A DNA stretch of 64,000 bases from the human T2T-CHM13v2.0 reference genome, Homo sapiens, in the NCBI RefSeq assembly GCF_009914755.1, contig NC_060947.1. One strand, written 5' to 3'. A program made the position numbers and the translations under genes. The notes beneath the pieces were generated by a model. The model searched no databases, was not told where the DNA came from, and saw only the letters and a list, made by a program, of their open reading frames with translations. Positions 54,430 to 64,000 of this stretch are shown piece by piece. Position 1 is the first letter of the stretch. Every line of letters starts with the position of its first letter.

Positions 54430-54850
54430 GTATATTATATCTATAGCTGTGTAACAAATAATTCCAAAAGTTAGTGCTTTCAAACAGAAAACTTTCATCA
54501 CCTCAAAATTTCTGTGGGTCAGAAATCTGAGTATAGTTTAGCTTATCTTCTGGCTCTGTCTCTCACAAGGGCTGCAATCAAGGTGTCACTGCTGCTGCAG
54601 TCATTTTAAAGCTTGACAGTAGTAGATCCGTTTCTAAGTTCAAGAGGTTGTTGACAGGGTTCAATGTCTTGCAGAATGTTGGCCAGGGCCTTTCTTGGTT
54701 CTTTGTCATATGGGCTTCTCTACAGGTCTACAGGACAGTTTACAACATGGCAGCTGGCTCCCTTCAGAGTGAGTCAGCAAGAGGACAAAATAATGCTAGC
54801 AAGATAGAAGTTACAGTCTTCTGTAGCCAAAATGTCACTCTCATATCATC
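54430..54850 (-). mobile_element. MLT1-type MaLR LTR fragment
   Basis: gctgtgtaacaaataattccaaaagttagtg; tttctgtgggtcagaaatct; acaacatggcagctggct. Confidence 0.7.
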
Positions 54851-55131
54851 AAGATGAACTTATATTTACTCTTAAAAAGTCAACGAAGCAAGTACAATGG
54901 CTTAGAAAGATTTCCAACTGAAAGAGCTCAAAAGTGTTATTGAGCTGAAGGCTATAAACTATAAACTTCAGTTTTCTGAAATATTTCTTTATACGGAAGA
55001 GCAGCATTCTGCTGCTTTCCTGAAGAAGACTTCCCTGACCTATGAAGATTCCATCCTTCCTTATTAAACCCCTGCATTTTTGCTTCAGAGTGCTTGCAAC
55101 CATGGCAATCCACCAAGCCTATGATTCCTAC

Positions 55132-55302
55132 CTAGTGTTACCAGATAAAATATGGACTCTGGTTAAATTGGAATTTCAGATAAATACTTTTTAAAGGGTA
55201 TGTCCCAAATAATGCATGAGATATATATTTAAAAGTATTCATTGTTTCTCTGAATGTCAACTTTAAGCATCCTATATTTTTATTTTCTAATCTGGCCACC
55301 CT
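55132..55302. mobile_element. MER53-like palindromic hAT MITE
   Basis: tagtgttaccagataaaata...ttctaatctggccaccctg terminal inverted repeats. Confidence 0.65.
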
Positions 55303-57404
55303 GTCCCTCTAGATCTCTCCTGCTGAAGCCCGTGGACCTCCCACGCTCTCTCTCTGATTCCCCTGGGACTTTTCACCTTTCCACCTTGCAAGCCTGAAGG
55401 AAAGAGGAGACTGGGGTAGTCCAGGCTCCAGCTGCCAGAGGCTAGACAGGGCTATGGAATTGCTGCTGGCATCCACAATTAGCCCCGGGAGCACATTTTC
55501 CCATAGAAACAATAATCTTAATGGCGGCTGGCTTTCTAGTGCTATGGGCCCTATAGTCCAGCCATATTCTTGGTTAAATAGGCCTTTGTGGACTGGCCTG
55601 GGAACCTTCTCACCATTTGTAACATTGTTTCCATGGGAAAAATGCTTCTCAAGTTCCAAACAACTGACTTACAAACAAACTTTTGGAACAAAACGCTTTG
55701 CTAAATTGGAGAAGGCCTGTAGACTCTCCCAGAGTCATTCAAAGGCTGGTGACTTCACTCCAAGATGTTAGCAAAGTTTGGGCCTGCTTAGCATACCAAA
55801 GGGAGGCCACTGGGTTTGCTAAAGAAACTTTAATAAGCAAACAGACGAGATTGACAGATCCATAATAGACAAGCTGACTCTGTCTTTGATTGGCTCCATA
55901 GACGAGCATTTACACTGAATGATTTCCTTTAATCAAACACATGCCTTATCTGGACAGGCAGGACACTTATCCAACTAAGTGGGTGGCTATTAAGGAGATG
56001 GCAGGTACTCTGTATCTAATTGTACATTTAGCACCCTTTCACATACACCAACGCGCCAGAGGAAAGACAAGCTTATTTTTTCCCTCTATTGTCTGATACT
56101 TTCAATGTTTCATTGGTTCGTTCACCTTGATGAAAACAGAGCAATTACGCAGCTTTCATCTGCTTCTTTGAAAGGCATATGGAAAATTCTGCTTTCAAGA
56201 AAAAATTATTAATTCCACAAAAGTACTTCAAGGCATTCTGAGATGTGGTCTCCCATATTGCTGAAATTACATGCAGTGCTGCAGCATTTGCATAACAAAT
56301 GTGACAGAATGGTTACTTAAGAGACTAAAACAGGAGGACTGAAATGTATAGAGATACCTCATTTCTCATTAATTATTATTCGAAATGAAATGTAATGCCA
56401 CTAGCTGTAGTATGCCAGAAGTATAAGAAGGAAATATATCGTCATGTATTTAAAAATCCTTACAGAGTATAAAAATAATTAAGAAATTATGACACTACTG
56501 ATCTTTTAGAAGCAATGTAGCCACCTGTTCATTCCTTTATTAATCACCAATTTTCTTCCTCTTTAACACTGCACATTAAAGATTATTAAAGGGAAGAATA
56601 CAAAAATAGAGGTAGGGAGAGATAATTTATATTATGTAGCAAAAGTATATTAAAACGTATCAGTTTAATTAAGACTTTCACTAGGAGAGAAAGTCATATT
56701 TTTGGTCTGGTTTATAACAACATATAATTCGACTTAAAAGAATAGCAATGCATATTAATAATTATTATTGTTGGTATTATTAATTTGCTCTAAAATTAGC
56801 TGTAAGTGATTCTTTTTTCTCCTTTGAGCAGCAAGCAATCCCTATCATAAAACTGTGTTTACTGGGTGGTTGAGAGAGATGCATTCAGTCAGGGCTGTAA
56901 ATAGGAGGACGGTAGTGAGATTCTCAGGGGGAATGATGGGGTAGGGTGCTGCCTGTGCGGGAAAGCTTGGTCCATATGTCCCAATCAGCTGAGTTTCTGC
57001 CTTAGAAACTGGTGTGTGACCCTCATAGCTACTGGGCAGACATTGATGCCACAGGGGGCAGCAACAAATGCCCGTTTAAAGATGCTGGAAAGGAAAGTGG
57101 AAGTTAGAGTCACAAATCGCTATTCAAGTTCTAAACGGGCAATTTTTTTTTATCATGTAACCCTGAGCCAGTCAGATTCAATTACTTTTTTTTTTCTTTC
57201 AAAATCTTTCCAGGCTTTATTAAAAATATCCCAAAGGTCTTGATTGTTATTTTTAAAACTATGAATTTGGAAACTGCTTGTTAACAAAATAAAGCAATCA
57301 ACATAATCATTTATTCTGGTAATAATTATCATATAAACATTAAATTGTTTTATTGGTTGAATTGTGAGAACTCTAGCTATCACTGCTTATTCACAAACTT
57401 GATT

Positions 57405-58750
57405 TTTAATTTTATTTTTAAAGTTAACATAAAGTAAAATTGACTTTTGGGGGTGTATAGTCCTATGAATTTTAACACGTGTATATTTGTGTAACTACCA
57501 ACACAATAAAGAAACAGAATAAATCCATCACCCCATAAAACTTCCCCCTGCTATTCCTTTATAGTAACAACTCTCCTACCCCTTTACAGTGGCACTCTCT
57601 CCCACCCTTCCCTGGCAACCACCGATCTGTTCTCCATCACTATAATTTTGTCTTTTCAAAAATGTCACATAAGTGGAATCGTACAGTATGCCACCTTTTG
57701 AAACTGTCTTCTTTCACTCAGCATGCCTTTGAGATTCATCCAAGTTATTGTGCTTAGCTAAAGTTCTCCCCTTTAATGGTTGTGTGGTATTCCATTGCAT
57801 AAATGTACCACAATTTGTTTAACCAATCATTTACCCATTGAAGAACATTTGGGTTGTTTCCAGGTTTTGGTGATTATAAATATATCTGCTATGATCTGTG
57901 ATTATGCGTAGGCTTTTGTGTGAACACAAGCTTTTATTTCTCTAGGAAAGAGTGATTAACTGAGTCATATAGTAAGGATAAATTTAACTTTATAAGAAAT
58001 TGACACTCTATTTTCTAGAGCAACTGCACCATTTTGCTTTCCCACCAGCAATGTGTGAGAGTTTCAGTCGCTTTGCGTTCTTGTCAGCACTTCATAGTGT
58101 GAATATTTTTTATTTCAGCCATTCCAATAGGTTTGTAATGGTATTTAATTGTAGTTTTCATTCAAATTTCCCTCATGCGCAATTGTATTGAACATCTTCA
58201 TGTACCTATTTTTCTGTGCTTCATGTGCTTCATCTGTGTATTTTCATCCGTGATGTGTTTGTTGAAGCATTTTGCCCACTTCTTTTCAATTAGGTTATTT
58301 CCTTAGTGTTGAGTTTTGAGAATTTCATATGTATTTGCATACATATCTTTTGTCAGCTATGTGGTTTGCAAATATTTTCTCCCAGTCAGTAATTACCTTT
58401 TAATTATCCTGACAGTGGCTTTGACAAAGAAAAATGGTTAATTTTGATGGAGTCTGATCTATCATTTTTTTCTTCTTTTATAGATTTTTGTGTGTGTGTT
58501 CTGTCTCAGAATTCTTTGCCTAAGTCCAGATTACAAAAATTTTCTGTTTTTCCCAAAAGTTTTGTTGTTTTAGGTTTTACATTTAGATATATGATACATT
58601 GTCTGCAAATTTCGGTATAAAGTATGAAGTTTAGGACAAGGTTTATTGTTTTACCGATGGATGTCCAATTAATCACTATCATTTGTTGAACAGGCTATCC
58701 TTCCTCCATTGACTTGGTTTTGTATCTTTGTCAAAAATCAATAGGTAACA
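57405..58750 (-). mobile_element. L1M 3' end (antisense)
   Basis: cctggcaaccaccgatctgttctccatc; cattttgctttcccaccagcaatg. Confidence 0.8.
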
Positions 58751-58763
58751 TCTCTTACCTGAA

Positions 58764-58985
58764 ACAGAGATCAACAAACTGTGACCCACAGGCCAAATCT
58801 CGGTCACCACTAATTTTTGTAAATACAGTTTTATTGGAACACAGACATATCCACTTGTTTATGTATTGTTTATGGCTGCTTTCATGCTGCAAGAGAAGAG
58901 TTAAGTAGTTGTCACAGAGACCATATGGCTTGCAAAGTTGAAACTATTTTCTATCTGTTCCCTTACAGATAAAGCTTGCCCCTTG
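58764..58985. mobile_element. MER58A hAT MITE
   Basis: ggccaaatct...tttttgtaaatacagttttattggaacacag...gagaccatatggcttgcaaag. Confidence 0.8.
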
Positions 58986-59004
58986 TCTAGACTACTAAAG
59001 CAGC

Positions 59005-59580
59005 CCCTATAGTACAATGAGCAGGACTATCAGACAATGACTTTGGCTGTACATTTTGGATTGCCTGGAGAATGAACTAGTAGGAGCTGGGGTTCTGACT
59101 TCTCCTAGGGGAAGGGGCTGCACCAAAACTCAAGTTCCCATGGGACTGGTGCCTTTTTCACTGTAGCAATGAAGACTGTAACATTCCATGGGTAATTGGC
59201 ATTCCCAGACAACTCTTGTAAATCACCGCCACCTCAAATCCAAACTGCCTGTTGCTCAGCAGCTTGTATATTCCCCCATTGATATGACTGCTTCTTCACA
59301 TTTACCCAATAAAAAGGGGGCCTAGCAATGGGGTATGTTCTCCTTACTAAGACCCAGTAGTGCTCTGGCTCTTGGCTTGCCTCTTCATGGGATGACAGGA
59401 GGATGGAGAGTCTGTGATTTATTTTTTTTTCTGGCTGTTCTGGACCTGCAAATTTATTTTTCTCAATAAAGCCTATCCCTTAACCTACACTATGTGACTG
59501 TGAAGTTTACCCTGAAGGGTTATGCATGACAGGGGATCACCCGGATGAGATCCATCTGGCATGCCAGTTGGGGCACCAGA
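59005..59580 (+). mobile_element. Unassigned old LTR
   Basis: LTR-like layout with aataaa at ~59466; family not recognised. Confidence 0.35.
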
Positions 59581-59589
59581 GAGACCCAC

Positions 59590-60192
59590 CTACCACAACA
59601 GTCTCCTAACTCACCTCCCTGCACCCACATTGATTCTCTTTCAATTTCTTATTCACACTGCAGCTAGTGTGGGTCTTTCTAAACAAACCTGTCGAGTTAC
59701 CCACCTTCCCCCACCAACCCAATTTAAGACATTTCAATGGCTTCCCATTGGTCTTAAAATAGAGCAAAATCGTACACATAGCTTAATATGACAACATGGT
59801 CTGGCCTTTACCCTTCTCTCCAGCCTTATCTTCCACTATTCTTTCCTCTCTGATCTCCAGCCAAACAGTATTTTGTCAGTCACTTATAATAAATATGTTC
59901 CCTCCTGCTAGTAGGCACATCCTATTCCATCTAGCTGGAATGCTTTACCCTTTGCCTCTCCTATTCTTGAGTATGAATCAAATGTTTCTTCCCCAGTGAG
60001 GGCTTTTCTCAACCCCTAGTCACATTCCCATAGCATCAGGAAATCTAGGAAATATTTTACACTCATTTGTATGAGTACGTGGTTAGAGTCTGTTTTCCTC
60101 ACTAGACTATAAGATTCATGTCTCTTTTTGGTCACAAGGAGCCTAGTTTATAATGCCTGTAATAAAATGGGTGTTCAATAATATTAGTTGAA
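59590..60192 (+). mobile_element. L2 3' fragment
   Basis: caatggcttcccattg; cactagactataag; gtgttcaataatattagttgaa. Confidence 0.7.
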
Positions 60193-60907
60193 CATACTAT
60201 TTTAAGTATAACATAGAAAAAGCTAAGCCTCAAAGAGCACATATTGTATGATTCTGCTTATATGAAATGTCCAGAAAAGACAAATCTAAAAAGAAATAAC
60301 GTAAATTAGTGATTGCCTAGGGCTGGAGGAAGGAATGGTGATTAAATGTAAACTGGCATGAAGAATTTTACTGAGGTAATGGAAATGTTCTAAAACTGCA
60401 CAACTCGGTAAATTTATGAAAAAATCATTATATTATAAATTTAAATTGCTGTATATAGTTGGGTCCTATAGCTTTTCAAGTTTATTCTGACAATCTCTTT
60501 TAATATGTATGTTTAAACCATTTGTATTTAATGTAATGGCTGATAGGTTTGGATTTGAATTCATCATTTATTATTTGTTTTCTTTTGGTTTTCTCTATTT
60601 TTCATCCATTGGTTTTCACGCTTCTGTCTTCTTTAGGTTTATTTGAACATAAGATATGCATGTCAATTTATCTACTGTGTTTTTGATTACACATCTGTGA
60701 TTCTTTTTTAATTCGTTGCTCTAGTAATTACAATATACATTTTAACTTTTTATAGTCTACTTAGAACTAATCAATTGCCCCTTCAAAGGAATATAGAGCT
60801 CTCATCATCATATTGGTCCTTTTACCCTCCCCCATTTTATATTATATTAATAGTTGAGTTCTGTATTACACCTTTGTACATTAAAACCCAATCGGTGTTA
60901 TAAGTTT

Positions 60908-61253
<346 letters not shown>

Positions 61254-61556
61254 TAATTATCATTTATGTTGCACTTCTTTCATTCTGGGTGTTTCATATT
61301 TCCTTCAGGTATCATATCCCTCTCGGAGTAAAGAACTCTTAGCAAATCTTCAGAGCAGTTATACTAGAAATTAATTCTCTTACTTTTCCTTCATTTGAGA
61401 ATATCTGTATTTTACGTTTGTTTTTTCTGAAGTATATTTCCACCTACAATTCTGGAATGGCACTCTTTTCTTTTAGAACTTAAAAAAATGTTTTGAACTT
61501 TCATTCTAGCCTAAATGGTTTCTGATGAGTGTCAAACATTCCCTGAGCAGTAACAT

Positions 61557-62048
61557 TGTAGCAACTATTATGTTGGCTTGTTACAGTTCCACAGATTCAG
61601 CTAGTAAGGAGACAGCAAGTCCAAATAGAGTTAGACAGTTGTACTCACACTGATAGCATAAGCAAGATCAGCATGGTGTCAACTATCTGCATCCCTATTC
61701 CCACAGGATGACACTGAACTGGGTGGACCAGATGATCAACAATATAAGCTGAGGATTGCTCTGTCATGTAACAGCCAACTCTAGACTTTAGTTAAAGGGG
61801 AGGAGGCAAGGTGAATAGCCCTACACTTCACCAGAATCAGGGAGTTAGGATGAGGACCTTGCTCATGGCAGCCTCTCAAAAAATAGGGAGGCAAGTGAGA
61901 AACTTGCAATCACTCCTAATATGTTGCCTATCATACCATGTTTCAGAAAGATCACAGGATTAGGTCAAGGTATGGTTTAGCCTTGCCTGTGGAACCTCTG
62001 TGGAAATGTGCAAGATGGTCAGAGTGCCATGGTGGAGCTGTTCCACTG
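61557..62048 (-). mobile_element. LTR40-like ERVL solo LTR
   Basis: tgtagcaactattatgttggctt...aagatggtcagagtgccatggtggagctg. Confidence 0.55.
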
Positions 62049-62369
62049 CGATAAGAAATTCACAGACAGGCAAGTCATTGTTTCCTTATAACTCAAGTAT
62101 TATATTTGTCTGGCTACAGTTGAGAATTTTTTCTTTATCTTTAGTTTTCAGAAGTTTTAATATGATATGCTTGGGCCTGGATTTTTTTTAGACTTAACTT
62201 GTTTAGATTTCACTAAGCTTCCTAGATCTGTGGGTTTATGTCTTTTATCAAACGTGGGCATTTTTCAGTCGTTATTTCTTCAAATTTTACCTGCATCACA
62301 TTCTTTATTCTCTATTTGTGGGAATCCTATAACTTCAATCCCTCTTATCAGAAAAATAGATTTCCCTTT

Positions 62370-63060
62370 TGAAACCACCTTTGAAAAGTCTATGACAGTG
62401 AGAGAAATCCAACATGGCTAGCTCCTTCTTGGTTCTAGCTTCACAGGCTGGCTGTCTTCACTCATTCCTGGGCATTGGCCAAGCTAACTAAGCAAGGAAT
62501 TTAGATTATGGTTTCACTTGGAAGAAAGAATTATAATAGTCCCTTCCTAAAACTAATCCCCTCTATGTTTGGGGGCTGAAACAATCTTCATAAAACTAAT
62601 GAAAGACCACAAGATTAGATTATGGGAAGGACGTAATTCTGCTAAAATATAGGCACATTTTCTATAATCTCTTACTGCTCAAGAGTCAATATGGCCAGAC
62701 GTTATAAGATTTTTGACTTCCTTCCTCAATTGCTTCTATATATAACATCATTATTATAGAACCTCAGATTGGTCTTTTGAGATTTTTTTCAGACTTTTGC
62801 ATTCTGGCAACTGACTCACCCCACCCAGACACAAGACTCAACTACTCCTATGGCCTCTACCCAGAGGTAGACTCATTGCATGAAGACCATTTTCCACACC
62901 CCATGACTGTGTCCCCAACCAATCAGCAGCACCCATTCCCTAGCCCCTTGCCTACCAAACTATCCTTGAAAAACTCTAACCTCTGAACCTTCATAGAGAC
63001 TTACTTGAGTGACAACTCCAGGATTGCCTCTTGGTGGCCTTGTGTTAATTAAACTCTTTC
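62370..63060 (+). mobile_element. LTR8-like ERV1 LTR, 3'-truncated
   Basis: tgaaaccacctttgaaaa...cacaggctggctgtcttcactcattcctgggc...aaccaatcagcagcacccattccctag. Confidence 0.8.
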
Positions 63061-63062
63061 TT

Positions 63063-64000
63063 GAGCAGGAGTTTCTACTCTTATATCAGATAAAAGGCTT
63101 TAAAACAACAAAAATTAAAGACAAGGAAGGGCATCACATAAGGGTAAACAAGGATAAAGATAAACAAGAAGACATAACTATCTTAATTATATATGAACCT
63201 AACAGAGCACCCTGATTCATAAAACAAGTTCTTCTTGGCCTATGAAAAGACATAGACAACCACACAATAATAGTGAGAGCCTTCAACATCTCCACTGAAA
63301 GCTTTAGACAGATCATCAAGGCAGAAAACTAAACTAATAAAGAAGCTCTAGACTTAAACTCGACACTTGACCAACTGAACCTAATAGACAGCTACAGAAC
63401 ACTCCACCCAAAAACCACAGCATATACTTCTGATCTGCACATGGAACATATGCTAAGATCAACCACATGACCAGTCATGAAGCAAGTCTCAATAAATTCA
63501 AAAGCATTGACATTGCACCAAGCACACTCTCAGAACACAGTGCAAATGGAGAAAAAGGATATTAGAGTTTGAAAGAAAAAAACAGGCATTGCATTTCCAC
63601 TCTCTGACAAAACAGACTTTAAACCAACAAAAATCAAAAAATACAAAGAAGGGCATTATGTAATGGTAAAGGGAACAATTCAACAAGAAGAGCTAACTAT
63701 TCTGAAAATACATGCACCCAATACAGGAGCACCCAGATTCATAAAACATGTTCTTAGAGACCTACAAAGAGACTTAGACTCCCACACAATAATAGTGGGA
63801 GACTTTAACACCCCACTGTCAGTATTAGACAAATCAATGAGACAGAAAATTAAAAGGGATATTCAGGACTTGAACTCAGCCCTAGATCAAGTGGACCTAG
63901 TAGACGACTACAGAACTCTCTACCCCAAATCAACAGAATATACATTCTTCTCTACGCCACATGGCACTTACTCTAAAATTAACTGCATAATTGGAAGTAA
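63063..64000 (+). mobile_element. Two juxtaposed L1 ORF2 endonuclease fragments; the second runs off the window
   Basis: gacaaggaagggcatcacata...; repeated from ~63600 as tctgacaaaacagactttaaaccaacaaa...gcacccaatacaggagcacccagattc. Confidence 0.85.

Noticed and set aside
55309-55771. Overlapping 116-aa and 105-aa ORFs in unique DNA
   Set aside because: No domain similarity, promoter or splice support visible

Overview
Primate, most likely human, repeat-dense genomic DNA (AluY/S/J, L1PA/PB/M, L2, MIR, MaLR, hAT and several ERVs). I found no intact cellular protein-coding gene; almost all entries in the ORF track are transposon-derived or spurious. Main features: (1) a two-exon pseudogene at ~10.3-11.04 kb with CCAAT/TATA promoter, GT-AG intron and poly(A) signal. 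Its reconstructed Lys/Arg/Pro-rich protein resembles the CXorf51 / spermatid transition protein TP3-TP4 family, and it lies between two ancient diverged ~1.1-kb direct repeats. (2) A complete HERV-S/HERVL18 provirus at 27172-33839 with two LTR18 LTRs, a 5-bp TSD, a tRNA-Ser PBS, gag-pro-pol and a short gamma-type env, all ORFs broken. (3) An older two-LTR HERV16-type provirus just upstream of it. (4) A near-full-length L1PB and a third ERVL relic carrying nested LTR12 and L1PA5 insertions. Repeat family names and protein-family comparisons come from recalled consensus sequences, not from searches. Boundaries without TSD evidence are approximate.
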